Below, one piece after another: positions 18,539-27,585 of a DNA stretch of 64,000 bases. The notes beneath the pieces are model-generated. The model was given only the letters and a program-made list of their open reading frames with translations. It did not search any database and had not been told where the DNA came from. The first letter of the stretch is position 1; each line of letters starts with the position of its first letter. Where the stretch lies: the IMG/VR virus record IMGVR_UViG_3300027710_000011, positions 212,773 through 276,772 of that record. One strand, given 5' to 3'. The position numbers were made by a program, and so were the translations under genes.

Positions 18539-19018
18539 TTACTTGGAAGCCAATTGCTTGGTGGCCAGGGCCGACAGGTGAGCGCGGATGTTGCCGAGCT
18601 GACCGGTCTTGCGCGATGCGCGCAGGGTGATTTCAGGCATGATCACGCCGAACTTGTCGCTCTTCTCAGCACCAGGGGCGCCGACCAGCTTGGAGCGATA
18701 GAACACGGTGCCGAACTGGTTGCCGGAAGGGTCCTTGACGACCAGCTCGGAGGAGGCCAGCTCAGGGTTCTTCTTCATCACCGGAATGGCAGCTTCGCCG
18801 TGGGCCAGAGTTTGGGCCTGGGCCAGTTCTTCGACGAAGGTGAACACGCGCTTGTATTGCTCAACGCTCACGTCTTCAGGCAGCAGCGATTCGACGGTGG
18901 CGGCCTGGGTGGCGGCGCCGGTCTTGGGGTCGATGGTGATGTTCAGCTTGGCAGCCAGTTCGCGAGTTGCGTCGCTGATCACGATTGCTTTGACTTCAGG
19001 GGTCTTTGTTGCAGACAT
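18539..19018 (-). CDS. Hypothetical protein, probably highly expressed, with a basic C-terminus
   Basis: Codon bias as strong as in the sheath and tube genes; has its own terminator; AAAGGA RBS before ATG 19018. Confidence 0.75.
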   Translation of the reverse strand: MSATKTPEVKAIVISDATRELAAKLNITIDPKTGAATQAATVESLLPEDVSVEQYKRVFTFVEELAQAQTLAHGEAAIPVMKKNPELASSELVVKDPSGNQFGTVFYRSKLVGAPGAEKSDKFGVIMPEITLRASRKTGQLGNIRAHLSALATKQLASK

Positions 19019-19157
19019 GGGAAACATCCTTTTGGATTTTGGTTGATATCAGAGGAGTTCTTTGTGAATAGCAAGATCGTAAAGTTTGGTTGCATTACGA
19101 TCCTGAACCATCCACGCCGAGCTCCTCTATTCTCGGCATGAACGATGTCATTACTTC

Positions 19158-19697
19158 TTAACCTGGACGACGATTGAATGTCGGTCGATCAGATTGTTGG
19201 CGATAACCGCCGTCGTCACGTTGCTGGTACGGACGTTGCGGGCGATCACCGTAGCGCGGACGCTGATCAAACTGCTCTTGGAAGCCAGCTTGGATTTCGC
19301 GTTCAACCTTGTCAGCAACCGCGTTCTGCTTGTCAGCAGGAACCGTGATGGTCGAGATGTGTTTCATCAACTGCTTGCTGATGAGGCGCACTTTCAAGAC
19401 ACCAGGCTTCTGACCCGCTGGCAATTCCGCATTGTCGTCCAGAAACTTCTGAACCCGACCCCAGTTGCACAAGACAACGTAGTGGCCACTTTGTGGGTGC
19501 ACGCAAACCGACATGTGTGCAGTCACTTCGTTGTCATCTTCAGTTGCAGTCCACAAGCCACGTTGAGCGGCTTTCAAGTCTTCCAACTGCAGAGCGATCT
19601 CTGGAGCAGAAGAAATGCTTTTGGTCAAAGCGCTGAAACTAACAGTCTTTTCACAGATTGTCAGGTGAGTGCGCTTGGGTTGCTTAGTTGGTGTCAT
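19158..19697 (-). CDS. Hypothetical protein with an Arg/Gln/Asp-rich disordered tail
   Basis: ORF 19158..19808; likelier start is ATG 19697 (GAGGA RBS); C-terminus DQRPRYGDRPQRPYQQRDDGGYRQQSDRPTFNRRPG. Confidence 0.7.
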   Translation of the reverse strand: MTPTKQPKRTHLTICEKTVSFSALTKSISSAPEIALQLEDLKAAQRGLWTATEDDNEVTAHMSVCVHPQSGHYVVLCNWGRVQKFLDDNAELPAGQKPGVLKVRLISKQLMKHISTITVPADKQNAVADKVEREIQAGFQEQFDQRPRYGDRPQRPYQQRDDGGYRQQSDRPTFNRRPG

Positions 19698-19812
19698 GTT
19701 CCTCGACTTGGTTGGTGTGGTTGTCACTCGCATCTGATTTACGCGAGCGCTGTAAAAAACTTCCAGCTTTGCTGCATGAAATATTAGAAGGTTAACCCAA
19801 TACTCCAAATTG

Positions 19813-19837
19813 GTGATATGTGGTTATAACTATTTTC
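19813..19837 (-). promoter_or_regulatory. Putative phage early/middle promoter motif, copy 1
   Basis: Minus strand GAAAATAGTTATAACCACATATCAC; 19/25 identical without gaps to 41424-41448. Confidence 0.6.
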
Positions 19838-19846
19838 AATACACGG

Positions 19847-19883
19847 CATAAAGGACAGTGGGTGACCCCACTGTCCCACTATG
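19847..19883 (-). terminator. Hairpin terminator after the protease gene, ending TTTATG on the minus strand
   Basis: CATAAA-GGACAGTGGG-TGAC-CCCACTGTCC. Confidence 0.75.
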
Positions 19884-19927
19884 CTGCGTTATGCGCTCTA
19901 CGAGCCGTTAAACGCGTTCTAGAGCTA

Positions 19928-20701
19928 TTACCAACCGCACCACGGTGCTTCCTTCTTGAAGAGACGTTCCAGCGCCGTAGCGTCGGTCCAACCCATCGAG
20001 CTGAAGAGCTCACGACCAGTCAGGATAGCTGCAGATTCTTGAGCGATACCTGCCCCGGCGCTTGTGTTGACCGCGTACTCCATTTGAGCACGAGAGAACA
20101 CTGTTTCGGATTCAGATTCCAAAGCAGGGTTCTTGAACTTCTCAGCAACCGACATACCAGGCTCGTTAACGTAGTCGAACGTCACGACGGTACGCAGATC
20201 ACGATTCTTCACACCCATGACTTGGTAGTCCTTGGTGAAAGCACGAATCGAGAAGCACACGTTCTCAGACGGGTTCTCCAGCTGCTTAGCCAATGCCGGA
20301 CCAAAAGGACCAGCTGGTGCAACTTCGGAGAAGATAGCAATTACGGGATTGCCACGATCATCCGTCATTTCATCAAACACGAGTTCGATGTTGCGGTGAT
20401 GGCAGCAGACGCTCTTCTCGTCAATGTCCAGCACGCGACGTGCAAACATCTCGGTAGACATATTGCCTTGACGAGGATGACCGTATTCACCACGCAAAGC
20501 ACCGCGACGAACACGGCGCATCAAAGCACTGCTTTCTTCGAAGACTTGCTTGGCTTGCTCGTAGGTGTAGAAATGACCTGCCGAATTGAACATATTCAGC
20601 GCACCAACGACCATTCGATAGTAGCCGTTGTCAAGCTGCTTGAGCTTGCCGACCTTGTTTGTGCCCTGCAATGCAGTGCACGAAAAGAAAACGCTATTCA
20701 T
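19928..20701 (-). CDS. Prohead (head maturation) protease (phiKZ gp175-like)
   Basis: LRGEYGHP (His), CFSIRAFT (Ser) and TFDYVNEPG (Asp) motifs of the T4 gp21/phiKZ gp175 family; C-terminal ALE and AQE candidate autocleavage sites. Confidence 0.9.
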   Translation of the reverse strand: MNSVFFSCTALQGTNKVGKLKQLDNGYYRMVVGALNMFNSAGHFYTYEQAKQVFEESSALMRRVRRGALRGEYGHPRQGNMSTEMFARRVLDIDEKSVCCHHRNIELVFDEMTDDRGNPVIAIFSEVAPAGPFGPALAKQLENPSENVCFSIRAFTKDYQVMGVKNRDLRTVVTFDYVNEPGMSVAEKFKNPALESESETVFSRAQMEYAVNTSAGAGIAQESAAILTGRELFSSMGWTDATALERLFKKEAPWCGW

Positions 20702-20722
20702 ACACGACCTACTCGATCTTGT

Positions 20723-21463
20723 TCAATGCAGCAGGAGGCCTTCAATGCGTTCGACACGTTCAGATGGTGAAACCAGAGCTGACACAATGCCGTCTTGCAT
20801 GTAAGAACCACCAAGCTTGTTGGTTGTGTTTGTTGCGGAGTACATCACGCTCTTCAGCGGAATGAACGCAGGAGGATGGTTCACGAGATCTTCGGGACTT
20901 TGAATGAACTGCCGATAATACTGCGAACGGTCGTTCGGATTGCGAGCAATCATGGAGATAATCAGTTCAGTGACTTCATGGTCTCCACCAATATTTGCAT
21001 TGGCATGCTTCTTCGCCGTATCAAAGAGTTTCGCCAGTTCAGGATAACCCATGTACCAAGGCACACGTCCTTTACTGATGAACTCGTCGTAGATGCGGTA
21101 AACCAAAGTGTTCTGCTTCACCAGAGACAGCGTCGGAATGACGGTTGACCCTGCGTTAAAGCTGAACTCGTAATACTCATCGCCATCGAACACAACCTTG
21201 TTGGTTGCGATTGGGTCGATACGCATCAACGCGTTGACAATCATCACCGCGTAATACTTATCTTCCACAACGACAGCGAAGAGTCCCACGATAGTGGTTT
21301 CCACACCTACACTTGCCAAACCACGCTCAGAGAAGCGGACTGGGATGTAGATCTTGCAACTCTTGAGAGCTACCAGACTTTCATTCCCAGTCTTTGCATC
21401 AACAACTTCCGTGAGCGATCCATGCACTCGCGCAACATCTTTGACAAAACTCTTATGTTTCAC
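20723..21463 (-). CDS. Probable virion RNA polymerase beta'-C-terminal subunit (phiKZ gp176/SPN3US gp244-like)
   Basis: HEVTELIISMIAR resembles beta' KHIEVIVRQMLR; LKSVMYSATNTTNKLGGSYMQDGIVSAL resembles beta' region H; lies next to the protease. Confidence 0.65.
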   Translation of the reverse strand: MKHKSFVKDVARVHGSLTEVVDAKTGNESLVALKSCKIYIPVRFSERGLASVGVETTIVGLFAVVVEDKYYAVMIVNALMRIDPIATNKVVFDGDEYYEFSFNAGSTVIPTLSLVKQNTLVYRIYDEFISKGRVPWYMGYPELAKLFDTAKKHANANIGGDHEVTELIISMIARNPNDRSQYYRQFIQSPEDLVNHPPAFIPLKSVMYSATNTTNKLGGSYMQDGIVSALVSPSERVERIEGLLLH

Positions 21464-21494
21464 AGGAGTTCTTTCTCAGATGCTCAGGTCAGGA

Positions 21495-22925
21495 TCAGTT
21501 GACGCGCGTCAACAACAGCTGGCCAGAAACCCAGTAGGTGATGTAATCGATAGCCGCAATGGCTGCCGCTTCACGCACATCCAGATCCGGATTGGCTTCA
21601 CGCACATCGCTGATCGACTTCAGAATGCGGTACGCATCCGTATCGTAGAACCAGCTGGTGCCCAGCAAACGCAAGCTCCAAGCAAACAAGTTGCGAGTTT
21701 CTTCGATGCGGCTTTGTTCCAAGGCAGTGTTGAAACGACGCAGGATGATCTCGCGATCATTCAACGGCATCTCGCTGTGAGTGGAGTCAGCCATCAAGCG
21801 GCAGAACTCCGCAGCAGCGGCTTCCTTGTACTTGGTGAACATGCGGTTGTTGAAGTTCAACGCATTCATGGCGGCGTAACGAGACCACGCTGCCTTGCTG
21901 CTTTCCGCATCTGCGTCGATGTCCTTGACGGTCAGCGCAGGGCTCGACTTCAAAGCGTTGCCGAACAACACTTCGTTCGAACCACCCGATTGCAGCCACT
22001 TCACGTAGACCGATTGGTTCACCACGATCTTGCGGTTGTAGCTCGACAGCACGAGGTTGCCGGCTTTCTCACCGCGCTCAGCGTTGTTGATGCGCTGGTT
22101 CAAACGGCTTGCCACTTGCAGACGCAGTTCAGCGATCGTGTCGTTGTACTTGCTCAGCGACACTTGCGTGCCTTCTGCGGGGTTGTCCCACATCGTGCGG
22201 CAGAACAGGAAAGCAGCCAGCAAGCGCTCAGTGCCTTCTCCGGTTTGCTGGAAAAAGGCGCTGGCCGTTGTGGTCGGCGCATTCATGCCATCCGAGAACA
22301 GACGCTCCCAGACTTCTGCGATGAACGTAATGCCTTTGGCATCAGCCCATGCATCGATGACGGCATCCAGAGCTGGTGCGCCAGTGCGCAGCATCTGCAG
22401 CATGCCTTCAGTGCTGACCGAAGGGAGACCCATCAAAGGCATCTCGAAATCGCGAGACAGAACGGTCTCACCCTTCTTGATTGAATCCAGAATGCTGCTG
22501 TCAGCCAAAGGCGCTGGCAGAGCTTGCGTCACGATTTCAAAATCGTGCGCAATAATTCCGCGATAAACAGACACAGCTTCATCCAAATGACGAACAAATT
22601 CTTCGACAGCAGGAGCAACGACAGTACGGGCGTGAGCCAGATAACCTGTCACCTTGGGAGCGATCAGAGCCACCAGCTCGGATTGAGTCAGCGTGTGTTC
22701 GCAACTGCCAGTAATGCCGTCAGTCGAATTCGCAGCGTACTCGATGCTCGAGCTGCTCAGCACGTGTTGACCGGCGTTGTCTTCAAAAGACGAGATCATG
22801 CCGGGATGGCACGCACGCACGGTCGATTCCAGCAGTGAGCCAGGCAAAGCGCTGACGATAACGCCGCGTGCTTCGAAATTGGCGACTTGGTCGATCGCGG
22901 TAGAGATTGCTTGTGCGGACAACAT
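21495..22925 (-). CDS. Virion head protein (phiKZ gp177-like)
   Basis: 476 aa, helical; syntenic position between the RNAP beta gene and the protease; codon bias. Confidence 0.65.
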   Translation of the reverse strand: MLSAQAISTAIDQVANFEARGVIVSALPGSLLESTVRACHPGMISSFEDNAGQHVLSSSSIEYAANSTDGITGSCEHTLTQSELVALIAPKVTGYLAHARTVVAPAVEEFVRHLDEAVSVYRGIIAHDFEIVTQALPAPLADSSILDSIKKGETVLSRDFEMPLMGLPSVSTEGMLQMLRTGAPALDAVIDAWADAKGITFIAEVWERLFSDGMNAPTTTASAFFQQTGEGTERLLAAFLFCRTMWDNPAEGTQVSLSKYNDTIAELRLQVASRLNQRINNAERGEKAGNLVLSSYNRKIVVNQSVYVKWLQSGGSNEVLFGNALKSSPALTVKDIDADAESSKAAWSRYAAMNALNFNNRMFTKYKEAAAAEFCRLMADSTHSEMPLNDREIILRRFNTALEQSRIEETRNLFAWSLRLLGTSWFYDTDAYRILKSISDVREANPDLDVREAAAIAAIDYITYWVSGQLLLTRVN

Positions 22926-22928
22926 TTC

Positions 22929-23126
22929 TTAGACCCCCAGATTCTTCTCAGACAGGTTCTTTTCAAAACCCGATTGAGCCATGTTGAGCATCATTTCTTT
23001 GGTCAGTGGAGTGCCACCCACTGTGTCTGCCACTTCTTGCCCGAGGACTTGCTCGGCAATTGCGGCAACCAGCTCGCCGCCTGCAGCGAGTGTCACCGCT
23101 GTGGTGACCGATTGTTTGTGTTTCAT
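22929..23126 (-). CDS. Small virion-associated protein (65 aa)
   Basis: GAGG RBS; stop lies 3 nt before the next ATG; position matches a small gene in related phages. Confidence 0.6.
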   Translation of the reverse strand: MKHKQSVTTAVTLAAGGELVAAIAEQVLGQEVADTVGGTPLTKEMMLNMAQSGFEKNLSEKNLGV

Positions 23127-23152
23127 TTTTGCCTCTGAAAAGAAAGCGGTTA

Positions 23153-23190
23153 AAAACTAGGGAGTACTGGGCAATGAAGCCCAGTACTCC
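23153..23190 (-). terminator. Terminator after the vRNAP beta gene
   Basis: GGAGTACTGGGC-AATGAA-GCCCAGTACTCC, then a T run on the minus strand. Confidence 0.7.
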
Positions 23191-23197
23191 TTCACAC

Positions 23198-26100
23198 TCA
23201 GGATGCGTCGTACATCTCGACCGCTTTTTTGGCGATCACGTTCAACAGGGTTGCTGTTGTGCCGATAAGGTACGGACTCATCACAATACGGTTGTCGACA
23301 CTGATGGCACCGAAGATGCTATCGATCGGGGTGCCTGTTTCAGTACGTACGTTCTCAGAGAACACACGACCAAAAACTGTTTTCAGCTGATTACCGAAAA
23401 CACCCTTATCGCCAACACCAGCCGCAACTTCCGTGGAGATATAGATGTTGATCGCAGCGCTATCGAGCTGCAATGCATCGTTTTCAACACGGAAGTTTTC
23501 ATCCACGCTGCCGTTGAATACCTTCTTACCTTGACTACGCAGACGCGCAGTCAGCTTATGGTCAGATTCGGTAGCCAACGCACGCAGAGTCGGTGACATG
23601 TCTTCCTTCTCACCGTGATAGAAAACTTCCACACGTTCCACAGTACCAAGGATCTTGGCTTGAGGAGCTTGTGCCGTCAGGACTCGAAGCGTGTCGATTG
23701 TCGATTCATCGAGAACCCCGGAACTCGCAGTCACGGCGTCTTCGATCATACACAGAATAGAGTCGTACTCGACTTTATCGCCGACCTTCGCGACACGGTG
23801 AACCTGTTGATCAAAGTTCACCACAATGGTGCGAAGCTTGGTGATCTTGGTGCGCAACTTGTTCGACAATCTCACGCTGATAGCGCACGAGTCTTCCAAA
23901 GTGTCCGTTGATTCCAACAAAGCAGTCTTGGAGTTCGTGCTGCACTTCCAAACAATCTGTTTAGGATTGAAGAAGTCAGGCTCGAAGAAACCGGAGTTGT
24001 AAGCGATTGGATCACCTGCGTTGAAAGTGTCACCAAGCTTGAGCGTAGTGACGATTTCGTGAGGGATAGTAAGGCCAGCAGCGTTGCCGTACTTACGACC
24101 AATCTCAACACCAAGCGTTTCGCCGTCAGCGTAAGTGACGATGATGCCTGTTGCATTGAGCGACGTCACCTGACCATTCTTCTTGGCCATCACGGTATAA
24201 GTCGGTCCAACACGATAAGGAATCACTTGCTCGTAACCGGTACGAACTTGCGCTTGATGGTAACCACCGCACGCCATACCGTGAGCTTGCTGAATGCTTG
24301 CAAAGTTAGCACGCTTCATGTCGTCACGATCCAACGCAGGCGAGGCCAATGCTGTCGTAGACAATCCTGAAGTTGCTCCAGATTGACCTGGTACGTAAGG
24401 CTCTGCCATACCGCGCAGATTCTTGAACTTGGGGTCAGCCGTCAAGAACGTATTGATGCCGACGTCAGAAGAGTCCGACGTTGCTTCAGAGATCACACCT
24501 GCGTCAGAAGGATGGTAGGCACGTGTGCGCTTCACCATAGAGCGTCCAGAGCGGCCGCCAGTACCTGCGTACGTGACTGCTTCGATTTCCTTAAGCTCTT
24601 TGATCGGATTGATTTCCAGCGACTGGTCCTTAGCAGGATCTTCACTGATGGCAATCCAAACAGCGTAAGGATTCATTTCCAACGGGTGCATCGCCTTGGA
24701 TCCCTTGGCGTTGTGGACCCGCAAAGAACGAATCAGTTCAGCGTACAGCAAACCGGAGAAACGCTCGTAACCCTTAATGCGCAAGTAAGTAGCGTCCAGC
24801 TCGTGCGGGTGCTGATCAGTGGTGAGCAGCGCAGCAGCCCTAACCAGCAACTCAGTCCAAACTTGCGGCTCCTTCATCTCAGCCAAGAGTTCCTTGGTGA
24901 TCGGGTCGATGAACATCTGTGCCATCAAGTCCAATTCGCGCAAGTAACGAACACTCAAACCGTTCTCTTCAAGAACGTTAAGGTACACGTCACGGCGATT
25001 GAATTCGTGATGACCATAGTTCAACGTGGTTTCGCGATAATCTCGCCACCCACCCAGCACCAACGTAGCAACAACATCGTCGCGATTGAACACCCATGTT
25101 TCATCTTGGAAGACGATCGTCCATTCTCCAGGACCCAAGCTAGCACGCTGACCAGCAGGAACAACACGAGGTTTCACGCTGAGGCGTTTGCAAAGCTCAT
25201 CCAGACCCATCAGGTAAGACAAGACGACACCAACAGGGATCATCTTACCAAACACACGAAGTTCTGCAAACTCAACAGGGCAGCGAAGGCCGGCCAAGCC
25301 AAGCAGTTCATCCAAAGCAGGCATCGGAATGATACTGCCTTGAGAATTGACTTCGTAGATGGCGTTTTGCTTATCCATCAACAAGACGCGACCGTTCTCA
25401 ACCATACCGATGATTACGAACTTGCCGTTTTGCTCAAGCTTAGCAATCGTGGCTTCTTGTCCGCCAAACATGTTCTTGACACGCGTGTGGTCGAACAACA
25501 GTTTCCACTGGACGTCTTGACCTTCGCGATTCACGGTCAGATTGAACGCACGAATGCCTTGCGCAATCGTCGTGTAAAGGCGCGGTGCTTCAAACGAGGG
25601 ATCAAACGCATCGCCTTGCTCGATGTATGTAACCAACTTCTGATTGTCAGCCAAAGCCATTCGAACGATGTGGTCCCGCAGCCAACGACCGTAATCGTTA
25701 ACCTTCTTTGCAGACCGCTCAATGAAAGCCTTACCGTAATAGCTAGTCAAAGCCACACGTGTTGGAGTCAGCTTTCGAATCGGCATGTCGCCGCGTTGCT
25801 TACGTGTGCGGTAAACAACGCCATTGATGCGGTAAGAACCATCTTCTTCGACGCGAGGGATCTTGAATCGAAGCGTGCTAGGGATGCCTTGCAAAGGCTT
25901 AACCTTAACAACGTAATCCATCACGCCGCCAGTGACGTTTTCGATTTCGTTGACACGGTAGTCAGTAACCATCACGCCAGCATTTTGCAAGCTAATTGCC
26001 ATGTTGGCAATATCGCGCTGCATCACGTCCTTAACGTAACGTCGATCAAAGTCGAGCAAGGACGACTGCGTCATCGTTTTATCGATGATGGTTTGGCGAT

Positions 26101-27583
26101 CCGGGACCTTACTGATTTCCGTCAGCGCAGTCATCTCAGGTTTGATCTGAGTGAATTCACCCAGCGTCGTTCCGTCGGGCGCTGTAATTTGCTTGTAGCG
26201 ACCAGCGTTCTCGAGAGCACGGCGATATTCAGTCGCAGGCCATCCACCAGCGTCGGCAAGCGCGTTCGCATGTGCGACGATTGCTTCTTCCGGCGTCTTA
26301 GCTTCCGGAGGAGCGTATTCAACGAAGACAGCGTCTGGGCCTTCAGTCTCATCGTCGCCGTATGCGTTATCCGCAATAGTCGCCAATGATTCCAAGTCTG
26401 CATCGATACTGGTATTGAAGACTTCTTCCTTCGTCAACACCGGTTCATGATCGATAACTTGAGCTTGCGCGTCGAGCTGCTTTTCTTCCTGCTCTTCGCG
26501 TTCAATCTCGTCAACAAAGTCAGATACTTCAGGCTCCGGGACAGCGTCAATCTTCTCAGGAGAGATCTTCTCCTTAAGAGTCTTGCCTGCTGGCGAAACG
26601 GTCACGACTTCGGGCACGGAACCAGTGGGTAGCTGATTTGCAGCCAAGACGTCAGACTTCTTGTCTTCAGACTCATTGCCCAGATTCTCGGGAACGCTCT
26701 CGTCACGAGCAGCAGTCAGCGCCATTGCCAACCGAAGCATGTAACGCTGCATGCGAGTAGCTTCGTTACCCTTACGACCCGCCAAAGCAGGATTCTCTTC
26801 AACCTCGCGCTTTGTCGGCAGCCGCCATTCATCGAGCTGACCCAGGTTAATCACAAACCAGCGATTACCTTCACAGAACACGATGTTGACGCGAGAGTAG
26901 AACTTGGGATCGATCTTGGCGATCAAAGACTTCTCACGATTCGGCCCCAACCATTTCCACAGCTCCAGCAAAATCAAAGTTTCGCTGTATGAGAAAACGG
27001 CTGCCAGTTTTTGCGTCATGGAAGTTTCCATAACGTTAAACATAGAGACGCTTGGGAGCACGCGCGGCAGATTGAACTCGATGAATTGATTACGCGGTGA
27101 AGCGCTCGCAATCTCAGCAATCTTGGTCCAGACAGTATCGTGGATATTTTTCCAGCGATAGTAGTTGGAGTAGATGTTTCGCGGATAACGATACATCCGG
27201 TGCAGCAACGAATAGTTGAACACACCAACCGTTTGCTGATCGCGCTCCACGGCAGACAGATCGCGCATGATCCGGAAGCGAGGATTACGCGTCAGATGTG
27301 AACGCGCAATCTTGTCAGGCATGATCGGAAGCAGGCGAGGCATACCTTCCGTACCTGACAGTGCCTTGATGGTCGTCAATGGGAATGGACGATTCTTGTT
27401 GTTCTGAAGCGCCGTGGTGTCTTCAGTCGGACCATCATCCAACGGGCCTTCTCCCACGTAGTGGTAGTAAGAGTTGGCGGGCATGGACAGACGACTCAGC
27501 AAAGGCAGTGGTGGTGAAACCAACTGTGCCATTCGCCGAATGCCGTACATTCGGTAAAAGTTGTTGTATTGAATCAAAGCCAT
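23198..27583 (-). CDS. rpoB: Virion RNA polymerase beta subunit, N-terminal/main part (phiKZ gp178-like)
   Basis: GSYRINGV, TYAGTGGRSG, RAYHPS...SEATSDSSDVG, DDMKRANFASIQ, EDSCAIS and GDKGVFGNQLK correspond to conserved beta regions. Confidence 0.93.
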   Translation of the reverse strand: MALIQYNNFYRMYGIRRMAQLVSPPLPLLSRLSMPANSYYHYVGEGPLDDGPTEDTTALQNNKNRPFPLTTIKALSGTEGMPRLLPIMPDKIARSHLTRNPRFRIMRDLSAVERDQQTVGVFNYSLLHRMYRYPRNIYSNYYRWKNIHDTVWTKIAEIASASPRNQFIEFNLPRVLPSVSMFNVMETSMTQKLAAVFSYSETLILLELWKWLGPNREKSLIAKIDPKFYSRVNIVFCEGNRWFVINLGQLDEWRLPTKREVEENPALAGRKGNEATRMQRYMLRLAMALTAARDESVPENLGNESEDKKSDVLAANQLPTGSVPEVVTVSPAGKTLKEKISPEKIDAVPEPEVSDFVDEIEREEQEEKQLDAQAQVIDHEPVLTKEEVFNTSIDADLESLATIADNAYGDDETEGPDAVFVEYAPPEAKTPEEAIVAHANALADAGGWPATEYRRALENAGRYKQITAPDGTTLGEFTQIKPEMTALTEISKVPDRQTIIDKTMTQSSLLDFDRRYVKDVMQRDIANMAISLQNAGVMVTDYRVNEIENVTGGVMDYVVKVKPLQGIPSTLRFKIPRVEEDGSYRINGVVYRTRKQRGDMPIRKLTPTRVALTSYYGKAFIERSAKKVNDYGRWLRDHIVRMALADNQKLVTYIEQGDAFDPSFEAPRLYTTIAQGIRAFNLTVNREGQDVQWKLLFDHTRVKNMFGGQEATIAKLEQNGKFVIIGMVENGRVLLMDKQNAIYEVNSQGSIIPMPALDELLGLAGLRCPVEFAELRVFGKMIPVGVVLSYLMGLDELCKRLSVKPRVVPAGQRASLGPGEWTIVFQDETWVFNRDDVVATLVLGGWRDYRETTLNYGHHEFNRRDVYLNVLEENGLSVRYLRELDLMAQMFIDPITKELLAEMKEPQVWTELLVRAAALLTTDQHPHELDATYLRIKGYERFSGLLYAELIRSLRVHNAKGSKAMHPLEMNPYAVWIAISEDPAKDQSLEINPIKELKEIEAVTYAGTGGRSGRSMVKRTRAYHPSDAGVISEATSDSSDVGINTFLTADPKFKNLRGMAEPYVPGQSGATSGLSTTALASPALDRDDMKRANFASIQQAHGMACGGYHQAQVRTGYEQVIPYRVGPTYTVMAKKNGQVTSLNATGIIVTYADGETLGVEIGRKYGNAAGLTIPHEIVTTLKLGDTFNAGDPIAYNSGFFEPDFFNPKQIVWKCSTNSKTALLESTDTLEDSCAISVRLSNKLRTKITKLRTIVVNFDQQVHRVAKVGDKVEYDSILCMIEDAVTASSGVLDESTIDTLRVLTAQAPQAKILGTVERVEVFYHGEKEDMSPTLRALATESDHKLTARLRSQGKKVFNGSVDENFRVENDALQLDSAAINIYISTEVAAGVGDKGVFGNQLKTVFGRVFSENVRTETGTPIDSIFGAISVDNRIVMSPYLIGTTATLLNVIAKKAVEMYDAS

Positions 27584-27585
27584 GG

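Noticed and set aside
10745-22484. Other long antisense ORFs (10745..11803, 15222..16055, 18485..19141, 19820..20770, 21354..22484)
   Set aside because: Each overlaps a well-supported gene on the opposite strand and lacks independent signals.
24383-26389. 668-aa ORF antisense to the RNAP beta gene
   Set aside because: Same shadow-ORF effect; the composition (rich in H, V, Q, R) is typical of antisense translation.
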